Notes: generated by a model not told the origin, from the sequence alone. Numbered from the stretch's first letter, positions 11,642 to 27,892 are shown. The stretch: 64,000 nt of DNA from an uncultured Gemmatimonadales bacterium (GCA_963748815.1 CAVVKJ010000010.1:32001-96000), one strand, 5' to 3'. Made by a program: numbers and translations.

Positions 11642-12079
11642 ATGACGGAGATCCGTATCGTTCGTCTCCCGCACGGGGAGGGCTTGCCCCTCCCCGCGCG
11701 GGCGACCGCCGGGGCGGCCGGGTTCGACCTGGCCAGCGCCGAGGAGGGGGAGCTCGCCCCGATGGAACGGCGGCTTTTTGCGACTGGTTTTGCGATTGCC
11801 ATCCCCGCCGGATTCGAGGTGCAGCTCCGCCCCCGGTCGGGGCTCGCGCTCCGGGAAGGCCTGACCCTCCCGAATACCCCCGCCACGATCGACAGCGACT
11901 ACCGGGGCGAGCTCAAGGTGGCGCTGGTCAACCTTGGTTCGGCCCCGGTGCGCATCGCGAGGGGCATGCGGATTGCTCAGATGCTGGTGGCCAGGGTCGA
12001 GCCCGCCGCCTTCGTCGAGGTGGACACCCTCCCCCCGACGGACCGGGGCGACGGGGGATTCGGGAGCACCGGGCACTAG
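11642..12079 (+). CDS. dut: dUTP diphosphatase
   Basis: [36 protein letters not shown]. Confidence 0.96.
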   Translation: MTEIRIVRLPHGEGLPLPARATAGAAGFDLASAEEGELAPMERRLFATGFAIAIPAGFEVQLRPRSGLALREGLTLPNTPATIDSDYRGELKVALVNLGSAPVRIARGMRIAQMLVARVEPAAFVEVDTLPPTDRGDGGFGSTGH

Positions 12080-12104
12080 CGCCTAACTCTCGGTCTTGTG
12101 ATGA

Positions 12105-14040
<1,936 letters not shown>

Positions 14041-14044
<4 letters not shown>

Positions 14045-14538
14045 GCGCCCCCCGGGCCACCCGACTGCGGTTCAGCCTCGTCATGCTGCTGCTGGTGGGG
14101 CTGCAGTTCTATGTGCGCCCACGACTCGGCAATCCCCACGTCGCGCCCGACTTCCTGATGCTCGGCCTGATGATCTTCGCGATCCGCAGCCGGCCCGGCG
14201 CGGCGGCCTTCGCGGGGTTCCTCATCGGGTTCGCGAGCGATGCCCTCACCCCGGCGCGCTTCGGCGCGGCGATGCTGGCCAACACCCTCGTCGGGTACGG
14301 GGCGGCGTGGGGACGGGCCGTGTTCTTCGCCGACAACCTTCTCGTCAACGCCGGGTTCATCGCCGCCGGGGTCTGGCTGCGCGACTTCCTCGTGCTCATG
14401 GCCAGCGGATCGAGCGGGAAGGAGCTGCTCTTCCAGCTCGGCGTCTGGAGCCCGGTCCTGGCCCTCAGCACCGCGGTGACGGGCGTCGTGGTGCTGACGG
14501 TCTTCCGCGACTGGCTCGATATCCGGCTCGAGGAATGA
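14041..14538 (+). CDS. mreD: Rod shape-determining protein MreD
   Basis: Small polytopic membrane protein (PDFLML..GFLIGFASD) between mreC and mrdA. Confidence 0.85.
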
Positions 14539-16428
14539 ACGAGTTCCATTCGTACCGCCGGGCGGAGCGCGCGGCCATTGCGCGCTGGTTCTTCCTGGCG
14601 GTCTTCCTGGTCCTCACGGTCGCGTTCTTCCGGACGCAGGTCGTCCAGCACGAGCGGTTCCGGCTGCGCGCCGAAAAGAACCGGCTCCGCATCGTCCCGC
14701 TCATCGCCCCCCGCGGCGTCATCTACGACCGCAACGGCCTGGTCATCGCCGACAACGTGCCGGGCTACGCCATCAAGCTGCTCGCCCCGTCGGTGGACTC
14801 GCTGCGCGCCGTCCTCGCGCGATTCATGGCGGTCGTGCCCCTCGACAGCGTCCAGGTCAGCGGCATCCTGGCGCGCTATCGGCAGGCGCCGTACCAGCCG
14901 GTCGTGGTGCTCGGCACCGGCAGCTTCGAGACGGTCTCGCAGCTGGAGGAGCGCCGGGCGGTGCTGCCCGGGCTGGTCATCCAATCGGAGCCGCGCCGGT
15001 TCTATCCCGAGGGCCAGGCGGTGGCGCACCTGGTCGGGCTATGTCGGCGAGGTGAGCGAACACGACCTGGAGACCGACCGGTTTCCGGGGGCGCAACTGG
15101 GGACGGTGGTCGGGCGGGCGGGACTGGAGCAGGAATACGACGCCGAGCTGCGGGGCCGGCCCGGGGTGCACTACGTCGAGGTCAACGCCCGGGGTCGGCT
15201 GGTGCGCGAGGAGGACGTGGCGCCGACGCTGGCGGCCATCCCCGGTCAGGCGGTCCGGACGACGATCGACCTCGAGCTGCAGCGCTACATCGACAGCCTC
15301 TGGCGGGCGGAGGCGCCAAACGTCCGCGGCGCGATGGTGGCGCTGACCCCGTCCGGGGAGGTGCTGGCGCTCTACAGCGCGCCCGGATACGATCCGAACG
15401 AATTCGTCGGCGGCATCTCCACGACGGAATGGCGGCGCCTGAACGACGACCCCGCCAAGCCGCTGCTGGACCGCGCAATCCAGACCCGGTACCCCCCCGC
15501 CTCTCCCTTCAAGCTGGCCACCGCGGCAATGGCGCTGAAGCGCGGCGTCGCGACTTTCACTACGCACATGCCGGAGCCCTGCCGCGGCGGGCTGCAGGTG
15601 GGGAATCGGTACTTCCGGTGCTGGAAGCCGGAAGGACACGGCAATCTCGACCTCGAGGGGGCCATCGCCAAGAGCTGCGACGTGTATTTCTACCAGCTCG
15701 GGCTGCGCATCGGGCTCGACGCGATCCTGAGCGACGGCGTGCTGATGGGATTTCGCGACAAGAGCGGGATCGACCTCGAAAACGAGATCGCCCCGATCTA
15801 CCCGTCCAACGCCGCCTATTTCGACCGGAAGTACGGCTCGCGCGGCTGGAGCAAGTGGGGCGCGACCCTGAACTTCGCGATCGGGCAGGGGGAGAACACC
15901 CAGAGCGTCATCAACATGACCCGGTTCTACGCGGCGCTGGCCAGCGGAGGCGAGGCCCCGACACCGTTCATCGTGCGGCCCCGCAGCGACCAGGTACGCG
16001 AGCTCGGGCTCTCGCCGGCCCAGCTGGAGGGACTCCGGCTGGCCCTGATCGCCGTGGTGGAGCGGGGCACCGCGGCCGCCAGCCGGAGCCTCGAGCTGTC
16101 GCTGGCGGGGAAGACCGGGACCGCCCAGAACTCGCATGGCGAGGACCACGGCTGGTACGTCGGATTCGCGCCGGCCGACAAGCCCCGGATCATCGTGGGC
16201 AGCATCATGGAGTTCGCGGAGCACGGCTCCAACGTGGCGCCATACGTCAACAAGGTCCTCGTGCGCTACGTGATGGGGAAGGGGAGCACCGACGCGCCGC
16301 TCACCGTCGCCCTCCCGGCCGACTCGGCGCCCCGTGCCGTGCAAATCGTTCCCGATTCCGTCTTGCTGGTCGACCCGGTGGCGGACGATACCGTCTTGCC
16401 CCCGCCACCGGCGCCCTCCGGCCCATGA
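14535..16428 (+). CDS. mrdA: Penicillin-binding protein 2 (frameshift near 15040)
   Basis: APRGVIYDRNG, YPPASPFK (SxxK), SCDVYFY, AGKTGTAQ. Confidence 0.93.
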
Positions 16429-17663
16429 GGTCACTCGGTCCCGACCGGCCGCTCATCGCGGTCGCGCTGCTGCTGGGGGCGTACGGCCTCCTGACCCTCT
16501 ACTCCGCGGGGCAGACCGACGTCGTCACCCAGGCGCAGGGCGTCTGGCTTCGTCAGCTGGTCTGGATGGGCATCGGCGTGGTGGCGGCCGCGGTCGTCTT
16601 CCGCTTTTCGTTCCGCCTGCTGGAGTGGTCCGCACCCGCGGCGTACGGGTTCGGGCTCCTGCTGCTCGTCGTCACGCTTGTCGTCGGGACGGGGCAGGGG
16701 ACGGCCGCCGGCACGAAGAGCTGGCTCGCCATCGGCGGACACCAGATCGGGCAGCCCGCCGAACTGGCCAAGCTGGCGGTCATCCTGATGCTGGCGCGAT
16801 ACCTCTCGGGGCTGCGTGACTCGCCCCGCAATCTGCGTGAGCTCATCGCGCCCTGCCTGATCGCCGGGGTCCCCTTCCTGCTGGTGCTGAAGCAGCCCGA
16901 CCTGGGGAGCGCCATCGTCTTCGTCGGGATCCTGTTCCTGATGCTTTTCTGGTCGGGCGTGAAGCCGTCCCTCCTCTTCATGCTGGCCAGTCCGGGGTTG
17001 AGCCTCCTGCTCGCGTTCAACACCTGGACGTGGGGCCTCTGGATGATCGTCCTGGCGGTGCTGCTGTTCGCCTGGCGGCCCTACGTGGTGGAAGGAGTCT
17101 TCCTCTACGTCGTCAACTCCGTGATGGGGGCGGTGGCCATCCCGCTCTGGCAGCGGCTGGCGCCGTATCAACAGAACCGGCTGCTGACCTTTCTGAATCC
17201 GGAGATCGACCCGCGCGCCGCCGGGTATCACGCCATCCAATCGCGCGTCGCGATCGGATCCGGCGGCTGGTTCGGCAACGGATTCACCGAGGGCCCCCAG
17301 AAGCGGCTCGCCTTCCTCCCGGCGCAGCACACGGACTTCATCTTTTCGGTGGTCGGGGAGGAACTCGGCTTCCTGGGCGTCATGGTGGCACTGCTGCTCT
17401 TTCTGCTGCTCTTCCTTGTGCTGCTGCGCATCGCCCGCCGCGCCACCGATCCCTTTGCCAGTCTTGTCGTCTTCGGGGTGCTGGCGCTTTTCTTCACCCA
17501 TGTCTTCGAAAATGTCGGGATGACGGTCAATTTGATGCCGATTACCGGCATTCCGCTGCCGTTTTTCTCGTATGGCGGCTCATTCTTCCTGATTTGCTGC
17601 GTGTCCCTCGGCCTGGTCCTGCGGGCCGCCTGGGACGCCCGGCTGTCAGGCTATGCTGAATGA
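16425..17663 (+). CDS. rodA: SEDS peptidoglycan polymerase RodA
   Basis: QPAELAK, QPDLGSA, AIGSGG, HTDFIFSVVGEELG, TGIPLPFFSYGGS. Confidence 0.95.
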   Translation: MRSLGPDRPLIAVALLLGAYGLLTLYSAGQTDVVTQAQGVWLRQLVWMGIGVVAAAVVFRFSFRLLEWSAPAAYGFGLLLLVVTLVVGTGQGTAAGTKSWLAIGGHQIGQPAELAKLAVILMLARYLSGLRDSPRNLRELIAPCLIAGVPFLLVLKQPDLGSAIVFVGILFLMLFWSGVKPSLLFMLASPGLSLLLAFNTWTWGLWMIVLAVLLFAWRPYVVEGVFLYVVNSVMGAVAIPLWQRLAPYQQNRLLTFLNPEIDPRAAGYHAIQSRVAIGSGGWFGNGFTEGPQKRLAFLPAQHTDFIFSVVGEELGFLGVMVALLLFLLLFLVLLRIARRATDPFASLVVFGVLALFFTHVFENVGMTVNLMPITGIPLPFFSYGGSFFLICCVSLGLVLRAAWDARLSGYAE

Positions 17664-17780
17664 TGGCAATGACTTAGCTATCACGGTCTGGCGCTGGACA
17701 GCCGAATCGCGCAGATTGGTAGCTTCCATGACCCTCCCCTTCTCTCCCCCCGGAGCCTCCTCAACCCCACTAGGGGTGTA

Positions 17781-18647
17781 ATGGCCTGGTTCAAGAAAGA
17801 ACGAAAGCCGCGGACGCCAGTCCGTGAGCGCCGCGAGGTCCCCGCCGACGCCTGGGAAAAGTGTGACGGGTGCGGGCACATGGACATCCGGGACAAATTC
17901 GAGCGGGCCCTCAATGTCTGCCCCGAGTGCGGGAAGCACCGCCGGATCAGCGCGGAGGAGTACGTTGAACTGCTGACGGACGAGGGGTCGTGGCGCGAGC
18001 TGTGGGGCAACCTGAGTTCCGAAGACCCGCTCCAGTTCGAGCACTATCCCGATCGGCTGGCCAAGGCAATCGCCAAGGCCGGCCCGGCCGACGCCATCTA
18101 TACCGGCATCGGGCAACTCGACGGACTGGTCTACTACCTTGGCGTCATGAACTTCGCGTTCATGGGCGGATCGATGGGTTCGGTGGTCGGGGAAAAGATC
18201 GCGCGGCTCGCCCGGCGCGCCCTGCAGAAGAAGCGCCCGGTCGTGCTGGTGTGCGCCTCCGGTGGCGCGCGGATGCAGGAGGGGGTCTACTCCCTGATGC
18301 AGATGGCCAAGACGAGCGCCGCGCTGGCGCAACTGGGCCTGCACGGCATCCCCTTCATTACGATCCTCACGGACCCGACCACGGGGGGCGTCTCGGCGTC
18401 CTACGCGATGCAGGGCGACGTGATCCTCGCGGAGCCAGGCGCCTTGATCGGGTTCGCGGGGCAGCGGGTCATCAAGCAGACCATCGGGCAGGACCTGCCG
18501 GAGGGGTTCCAGACGGCGGAGTTCCTGCTGGATCACGGGCAGATCGACGACGTCGTTCCGCGCGGGTCGCTGCGGGACACCACCGCCCGACTGCTGCGGC
18601 ACATGCAGGGCGCGCGGGCACGCTATGATGCGGCGGACGCCGTCTGA
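17781..18647 (+). CDS. accD: Acetyl-CoA carboxylase carboxyltransferase beta subunit
   Basis: WEKCDGC..CPEC zinc finger, FMGGSMGSVVGEK, SGGARMQEG, PTTGGVSAS. Confidence 0.97.
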   Translation: MAWFKKERKPRTPVRERREVPADAWEKCDGCGHMDIRDKFERALNVCPECGKHRRISAEEYVELLTDEGSWRELWGNLSSEDPLQFEHYPDRLAKAIAKAGPADAIYTGIGQLDGLVYYLGVMNFAFMGGSMGSVVGEKIARLARRALQKKRPVVLVCASGGARMQEGVYSLMQMAKTSAALAQLGLHGIPFITILTDPTTGGVSASYAMQGDVILAEPGALIGFAGQRVIKQTIGQDLPEGFQTAEFLLDHGQIDDVVPRGSLRDTTARLLRHMQGARARYDAADAV

Positions 18648-18663
18648 GTCACCACCCAGCGAC

Positions 18664-18795
18664 TCACGCGAAGCCGCGAAGACACGAAGAGACGAGACCA
18701 GGAATTGACCCGCACTCACCATGGCCTGCGTCCCGTGAACCGCATCGACCGGTGCGCTTGGTTCGGCGACCTCGCGTCTTCGCGGCTTCGCGTGA
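18664..18795. repeat. 132-bp element bounded by perfect 20-bp inverted repeats
   Basis: tcacgcgaagccgcgaagac (18664-18683) and its exact reverse complement (18776-18795). Confidence 0.85.
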
Positions 18796-18813
18796 TCCTC
18801 CCCGCGTGATGTC

Positions 18814-20058
18814 GTGAATTCAGTTCCGTTGACGTACGACGAAGCCTTGGCCTTCCTCTTCCCACGCACCACCACCATCAAGTTCGGGCTCGACACCACC
18901 GCGCGCGCTCCTCTCGGAGCTCGGCGACCCGCACACGGTCATGCCCTCCATCCACGTCGGCGGCACCAACGGCAAGGGAAGCGTCGCCGCCCTCGTCGCC
19001 GAGGCGCTCGCCTGTGCCGGGTGGCGGGTGGGACTGTACACCTCGCCCCACCTCGTCTCGTTCCGGGAGCGGATCCGCGTGGATGGAGTGCCGATCTCCG
19101 AGGCGGCGGTGGCGATGTGGACCGCACGCATGGCGCCGCGCGTGCAGGAGCTCGGCGCGACGTTCTTCGAGGCGACGACCGCGATGGCCTTCGCCGACTT
19201 TGCGGCGCGGGGGGCCGAGATTGCCGTGGTGGAAGTCGGGCTCGGCGGACGGCTCGACAGCACCAACATCGTCACACCCCTCGTCAGCGCCGTCACGAAG
19301 ATCGCCATGGATCACATGAAGTATCTCGGCGACAGCCTCGACGGACATCGCGCGGGAAAAAGCCGGCATCGCGAAGCCGGGGGTGCCGTTCGTCATCGGC
19401 GAGCGGGACCCGGCGCTGGTCGAGGCCCTCCGCCAGGAGGCCCGGCGGATTGCGCGGGACGGCGGGGGGCCGGTCGGACGTCCGTGTGCTCCCGCCCGAG
19501 TACGAGTGGAGCGGCGCGCTCGGGCTGCGGGGCGGCCACCAGCGCCGGAACGCCGGGGTGGCGCACGGCATCCTCATGGCGCTCCCGGAGCGGTGGCGGC
19601 CGCCGGCGGAGGCGATCCGGGAGGGGTTTGCCGCGGCGCAGGTGCCGGGGCGCCTCGATCGACGGGGCAAGTGGCTGTTCGATGTGGCCCACAACCCGGA
19701 CGGGATGGAGTCCCTCGTCACCGCCCTCGGGGCCGCGCCGCCACCCGGCCCGGTCCACGCCCTGGTGAGCATCCTCGGCGACAAGGAGTGGCCGACCATG
19801 CTGGTCTGGCTCGACTCGGTGGTCGATCGGGGAGTGTTGACGGTGGCCCCCTCCGCGGCGGAACGGGGATGGGATCTCGGCTGGCTTCGCGACTGGCTGG
19901 CGCGACCCGACCGCCCTCCGGCTCGGGCGCAGTGGACCCTTGTGCCCGAGTTTTCCGCCGCCCTGGTGGAGGTTCAGCGGGGAGCGGGCACCGTGCTGGT
20001 GACCGGTTCGTTCCACACCGTGGGCGATGTGATGGAGGCGCTGGGGATGGGCGAGTGA
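18814..20058 (+). CDS. folC: Folylpolyglutamate synthase/dihydrofolate synthase (frameshifted)
   Basis: IHVGGTNGKGS, YTSPHLVSFRERI, EVGLGGRLDSTN, DVAHNPDG, VTGSF. Confidence 0.92.
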   Translation: MNSVPLTYDEALAFLFPRTTTIKFGLDTTARAPLGARRPAHGHALHPRRRHQRQGKRRRPRRRGARLCRVAGGTVHLAPPRLVPGADPRGWSADLRGGGGDVDRTHGAARAGARRDVLRGDDRDGLRRLCGAGGRDCRGGSRARRTARQHQHRHTPRQRRHEDRHGSHEVSRRQPRRTSRGKKPASRSRGCRSSSASGTRRWSRPSARRPGGLRGTAGGRSDVRVLPPEYEWSGALGLRGGHQRRNAGVAHGILMALPERWRPPAEAIREGFAAAQVPGRLDRRGKWLFDVAHNPDGMESLVTALGAAPPPGPVHALVSILGDKEWPTMLVWLDSVVDRGVLTVAPSAAERGWDLGWLRDWLARPDRPPARAQWTLVPEFSAALVEVQRGAGTVLVTGSFHTVGDVMEALGMGE

Positions 20059-20072
20059 CGCGGCGGTCGGCA

Positions 20073-20101
20073 TAGCCAAATCCTTTGTTTTCAAGTATTT
20101 T
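20073..20101 (+). promoter_or_regulatory. Putative promoter of hisS, possibly leaderless
   Basis: TAGCCA-N17-TATTTT, 7 nt before the ATG at 20109. Confidence 0.4.
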
Positions 20102-20108
20102 GCCCCGC

Positions 20109-21413
20109 ATGTCCCATCAGTCCCTCCCCGGATTCCGCGAGTTCTTTCCCGACGATTTGGCAGCCCGCAGCTACCTCTTTGCGGCGTGGCGCCGGGTCGC
20201 GGCGCGCTACGGCTTCGAGGAGTACGACGGACCGCCGCTCGAGCCGCAGGAGTTGTACACCGAGAAGAGCGGACCCGAGATTGTCGGGCAGCTCTACAAC
20301 TTCGTGGACAAGGGCGATCGGCAGGTGGCGCTGCGCCCCGAAATGACCCCGACCCTCGCCCGAATGGTCGCCTCCCGGGCCAACGGACTCCGCAAGCCGA
20401 TCCGCTGGTTTTCCATCGGGCAGATGTTCCGGTACGAGCGCCAGCAGCGAGGCCGGTTGCGGGAGCACTACCAGCTCAACTGCGACCTGATCGGCGAATC
20501 CGGGCCGCTCGGCGACGCCGAAGTCATCGCGCTCCTCGTGGACCTGGGGCGCGAACTTGGTCTGGGAGCCGACGCGGTGCGCGTCCGGCTCTCCGATCGG
20601 CGGGTGCTGTCGACGCTGCTGCGCGGCGCCGGCGTCACGGAGTCCCAGCTGCCGCTCGCCTATTCGGCCCTCGACAAGCGGGAGCGGATGGAGCGTCCGG
20701 CGCTGGAGGCGATGCTCCGGGGACCGGACGGGAAGGGGATGAGCGCCACCACCACAGGGCGGGTGCTCGAACTCTCCGCGCTGCGCTCGCTCGACGCCGT
20801 CGCGGCCGCGCTGCAGGGCGTCCCGGGTGGAGACGCGGCGCTGGGGCCGCTCCGGCAGACCGTCGACGCCCTGGAGGCGATGGGGCTGGCGGAGTTCGTC
20901 GACATCGACCTCACCATCGTGCGCGGCCTGGCCTACTACACCGGGACGGTCTTCGAGCTCTTCGATGCGGGCCGGTCCCACCGGGCCATCGCCGGCGGAG
21001 GACGGTACGACGATCTCCTCGGCCGGCTCGGTGGCGTGGAGCTGCCGGCGGTCGGGTTCGCGATGGGCGACGTCGTCTCGGCGAGGTGCTGCGCGAGCGC
21101 GGCCTGATGCCCGCCGCGGCACCCTCCCTCGACGTGTTTGTCGCCGGGGTCACGCGAGGACGACCTTCCGCACGTGCTCGCGCTGTCACACGAGTGCCGG
21201 GACGCGGGGCTGCGCACCGAGTACGCGCTCACCGCGCAGGCGGTCGGGAAGCAGCTGAAGCTGGCGGACGCGCGCAAGGCGCGGGTCGCCGTGCTGATCG
21301 GCCCGGACGACCGGGCGCGCAACGAAGTGCAACTGAAGGACCTGGCCGCGAAGGCGCAGCGGTCGGTCTCCCGAACCGAGGCGGTCGCCGCGCTCCTGGC
21401 GATCCGCCCCTGA
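20109..21413 (+). CDS. hisS: Histidine--tRNA ligase (frameshifts near 21080-21150)
   Basis: LRPEMTP, FRYERQQRGRLREHYQ, VRGLAYYTG, GGGRYD; anticodon domain in ORF 21138-21413. Confidence 0.93.
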
Positions 21414-24234
<2,821 letters not shown>

Positions 24235-24246
24235 GGAGCCAGCGAC

Positions 24247-25806
24247 ATGGACACGCGGAAGCACCACGACGGCATCCTGATCCTCGATTACGGCTCGCAG
24301 TTCACGCAGCTCATTGCGCGGCGGGTGCGCGAGGCCCACGTCTACTGCGAAATCCATCCGGGAACCCGCTCCCTGGAATGGATTCGGGAGTGGCGCCCGA
24401 AGGGGATCATCCTCTCCGGCGGCCCGAACTCGGTGTACGACGCAGGCGCACCGACCGCACCCGCCGGCATTCTCGACCTCGGGGTGCCGGTGCTTGGGCT
24501 CTGCTACGGCATGCAGATCATCGCCCAGATGGCCGGGGCCAAGGTGGTCGGCGCCGATCGCCGTGAGTACGGCCGGGCGGTGGTCACCGTCGCGGGGGGG
24601 AAGCTCTTCAGGGGATTCGCAGCCGGCGACCAGACCGCGGTCTGGATGAGCCACGGCGACCATGTCAACGCCCCACCCCCCGGCTACATTGTCACCGCCG
24701 CATCTCCCAACTGTCCTGTCGCCGGCTTCGAGCACGCCAGCCGCCCGATCTTCGGCGTGCAGTTCCACCCCGAGGTGGCGCACACGGCGCGCGGCGGGGA
24801 GATCATCGGCGCCTTTCTTTTCGACGTCTGTGGCGCCACGCCGGACTGGACGGCGGGGCACTTCATCGAGACCGAGACGACCCGCATCCGCGAGCTCGCC
24901 GGGTCCGCCCGGGTCATTTGCGGCCTCTCCGGGGGAGTCGATTCGTCGGTGGCTGCCGCCTTGGTCCACCGCGCGGTCGGCGACCGGCTCACCTGCATCT
25001 TCGTCGACCACGGACTGCTCCGCCTGCACGAGCGCGACCAGGTCGAGGCGACCTTCCGCCGGCACCTCGGCATCGACCTCCGGGTTGTGGAGGCGAGTGA
25101 TCTCTTTCTGGCGGCGCTCGACGGCGTCAGCGATCCGGAGGAGAAGCGCCGGCGGATCGGGCACACCTTCATCGACGTCTTCGAGGCGGAGGCCAAGAAG
25201 GTCGGTTCCGACGTCGGCTTCCTCGTGCAGGGGACGCTCTATCCCGACGTCATCGAGTCGGTGTCGCCCACCGGCGGGCCGTCCGTCACCATCAAGACGC
25301 ACCACAACGTCGGCGGCCTGCCGGAGCGGCTGCCCTTCAAACTGATCGAGCCGCTGCGCGAGCTGTTCAAGGACGAGGTGCGGCAGGTGGGGCGGGAGCT
25401 GCGGCTGCCCGAGGAGATGGTGGGGCGGCATCCGTTTCCAGGCCCGGGGTTGGCCATCCGCATCCTCGGTGCCGTCTCGAAGCCGGAGCTCGACATCCTG
25501 CGCGCGGTGGACGACATCTACATCGAGGAAATCCGGGCGGCCGGGCTGTACGACGACATCTGGCAGGCCTTCGCGGTGCTGCTGCCGATCCGGTCCGTGG
25601 GAGTGCAGGGGGACTTCCGCACCTACGACCAGGCGGTGGCGCTCCGAGCGGTCACCAGCCGCGACGGCATGACCGCCGACTGGTTCCCCTTCCCGCACGA
25701 GGTGCTGGCGCACATCTCGAACCGGATCGCCAACGAGGTGAAGGGCGTGAACCGCGTGGTGTATGACGTGAGCAGCAAGCCGCCGGCTACGATCGAGTGG
25801 GAGTAG
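24247..25806 (+). CDS. guaA: GMP synthase (glutamine-hydrolysing)
   Basis: [56 protein letters not shown]. Confidence 0.98.
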   Translation: MDTRKHHDGILILDYGSQFTQLIARRVREAHVYCEIHPGTRSLEWIREWRPKGIILSGGPNSVYDAGAPTAPAGILDLGVPVLGLCYGMQIIAQMAGAKVVGADRREYGRAVVTVAGGKLFRGFAAGDQTAVWMSHGDHVNAPPPGYIVTAASPNCPVAGFEHASRPIFGVQFHPEVAHTARGGEIIGAFLFDVCGATPDWTAGHFIETETTRIRELAGSARVICGLSGGVDSSVAAALVHRAVGDRLTCIFVDHGLLRLHERDQVEATFRRHLGIDLRVVEASDLFLAALDGVSDPEEKRRRIGHTFIDVFEAEAKKVGSDVGFLVQGTLYPDVIESVSPTGGPSVTIKTHHNVGGLPERLPFKLIEPLRELFKDEVRQVGRELRLPEEMVGRHPFPGPGLAIRILGAVSKPELDILRAVDDIYIEEIRAAGLYDDIWQAFAVLLPIRSVGVQGDFRTYDQAVALRAVTSRDGMTADWFPFPHEVLAHISNRIANEVKGVNRVVYDVSSKPPATIEWE

Positions 25807-25822
25807 GCGTCCTCACGCCCCG

Positions 25823-27871
25823 ATGCCGCCACCGCCACCGACTCTATCCCACCCCACGTATCGGCCGGATATCGATGGGCTGAGGGCAATCGCAGTGCTG
25901 GCGGTGATCGTGTTCCACGCGTTCCCCCGCGCATTGAGGGGCGGCTTTGTCGGTGTGGACGTCTTCTTCGTCATCTCCGGCTACCTGATCTCCACCATTC
26001 TCTTCCAGAACCTGGGCCGGGGCACGTTCAGCTTCACCGTGTTCTACGCCCGCCGCATCAAGCGCATCTTTCCCGCACTGCTCGTGGTCCTGGTCGCCTG
26101 CTACGCCTTCGGCTGGTTCGCGCTGCTCGCGGACGAGTACAAGCAACTCGGCAAACACATCGCCGCCGGCGCCGGCTTCGTCTCCAACATCGCGCTGTGG
26201 GGTGAAGCGGGGTACTTCGACAACTCGGCGGAGACCAAGCCCCTGCTGCACCTGTGGAGCCTCGGCATCGAAGAGCAGTTCTACATCGCCTGGCCGCTGC
26301 TGCTCTGGATCGCATGGAAACGAAACGTCAGCCTCCTGACCGTCACGGTCCTGGTCGCCGTCGTGTCGTTCGGCCTCAATCTCCGCGAGGTGCGGACCGA
26401 CGCCGCGGCCGCCTTCTATGCCCCGCAGACGCGGGTCTGGGAGCTGCTTTGCGGCAGCGTCCTCGCCTGGGTCGGGCTGTATCGACGGGAGGCCGTCGTC
26501 ACCCTGCGAGTGAAGCTCGACCGCTGGCTCTCGGCGCGGCTCGGTCGTGCGCAGCCTGACCTCGGGGGCACGGCCCTGCCCAATCTCCTGGCCTGGAGTG
26601 GGGTCGGGTTCCTGGCCTACGGATTCGGGCAGATCAACGGGAACCTCAGCTTTCCCGGCGCCTGGGCGCTGCTCCCCGTGCTGGGGACCGTCCTGCTCAT
26701 CGCGGCGGGTCCGACGGCGTGGGTGAATCGCACGATCCTGTCCCACCGGATCGCCGTGTCGATCGGCCTGATCAGTTATCCGCTGTATTTGTGGCATTGG
26801 CCGCTGCTGTCGTTCGCGAGAATCGTCGAGAGCGAGACCCCTGGGCCGGCCATCCGCAGTACGGCGGTTGCCGTCTCCCTGCTGCTCGCCTGGCTCACCT
26901 ACCGGCTTGTGGAGCGTCCTCTGCGTTTCGGAAAGGCCGGCAGGGGGAAGGTCGCGGCCCTCGTCGGGCTGATGGCCATCGTGGGGTCCGTCGGCTTCGA
27001 CACCTTTCGCCGGGAGGGGTATGACTTCAGGGCGTCGGTGCAGGGATTCGCCAACAACAAGAACGAGTTGGTCAGGACGCCGGCTACTGACCCTGAATGC
27101 CTCGAGTACGTCGGCACGACGGCGCCGCTGTTCCCCTACTGCAGATTCACCAGGGCGGGGGGAGCCGAGACCGTGGCCGTCATCGGAGATAGCCACGCAC
27201 ATGTCGCGTACCCCGGCATCGCTGACAGTCTCAGGGCGATGGGGATCAACACGGTGCTGCTCGCCAACAGCGGCTGCCCTCCGCTGCTCGGCGTCCCCAT
27301 CCCCGGGAGGACGGACCCTGACCCGCGGGCGTGCCAGCACCGGATCGATGAGCTGCTCGAGGTAGTGTTGCGTCGCGGGGACATTCGGCGGGTCGTCTTC
27401 GTGGCGCGAGGACCCATCTATTTCACGGGAACGGTGCCGCTCTCCGGCGATCGCGACGTGCTGCGGGGATCGGCGGTCTCGCTCGCCGAGTACCAGGCAG
27501 GAACCCAGCGGACCATCGACCGGCTCGTCGCAGGCGGCAAGGCGGTCTTCTACGTCACCGAGAATCCGGAGTTGAGCAGCCTGCCTGCGGCGTGCATTGT
27601 CCGGCCGCTCAGGGTGCACGCGAAGGATTGCCGCGTCGAGCGGACGTCGGTGCTATCCCGCCAGGGGGACTACCTGGCCATGGTGGAGGCGCTGTCGGGC
27701 GCCACGGTGATTGAGGGGATCGCCATTTTTTGCCCAACCGAGCGGTGCCTGGTCTTCGACTCGGCAGGCGCGCTCCTGTATGCAGATGACCACCACCTGT
27801 CCGTCGCGGGAAGCCGGTTCCAGGCCAGGGCGGTGTTGCCGAGCCTCCTTGGCCCGCAAGTCCCGGAGTGA
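25823..27871 (+). CDS. Acyltransferase family 3 fused to an SGNH domain (OafA-like O-acetyltransferase)
   Basis: YRPDIDGLRAIAV, GVDVFFVISGYLI, LHLWSLGIEEQFY, SYPLYLWHWP; C-terminal GDSHA and DDHH. Confidence 0.9.
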   Translation: MPPPPPTLSHPTYRPDIDGLRAIAVLAVIVFHAFPRALRGGFVGVDVFFVISGYLISTILFQNLGRGTFSFTVFYARRIKRIFPALLVVLVACYAFGWFALLADEYKQLGKHIAAGAGFVSNIALWGEAGYFDNSAETKPLLHLWSLGIEEQFYIAWPLLLWIAWKRNVSLLTVTVLVAVVSFGLNLREVRTDAAAAFYAPQTRVWELLCGSVLAWVGLYRREAVVTLRVKLDRWLSARLGRAQPDLGGTALPNLLAWSGVGFLAYGFGQINGNLSFPGAWALLPVLGTVLLIAAGPTAWVNRTILSHRIAVSIGLISYPLYLWHWPLLSFARIVESETPGPAIRSTAVAVSLLLAWLTYRLVERPLRFGKAGRGKVAALVGLMAIVGSVGFDTFRREGYDFRASVQGFANNKNELVRTPATDPECLEYVGTTAPLFPYCRFTRAGGAETVAVIGDSHAHVAYPGIADSLRAMGINTVLLANSGCPPLLGVPIPGRTDPDPRACQHRIDELLEVVLRRGDIRRVVFVARGPIYFTGTVPLSGDRDVLRGSAVSLAEYQAGTQRTIDRLVAGGKAVFYVTENPELSSLPAACIVRPLRVHAKDCRVERTSVLSRQGDYLAMVEALSGATVIEGIAIFCPTERCLVFDSAGALLYADDHHLSVAGSRFQARAVLPSLLGPQVPE

Positions 27872-27892
27872 CGGAAGGCCAGCGGGTCGCGC

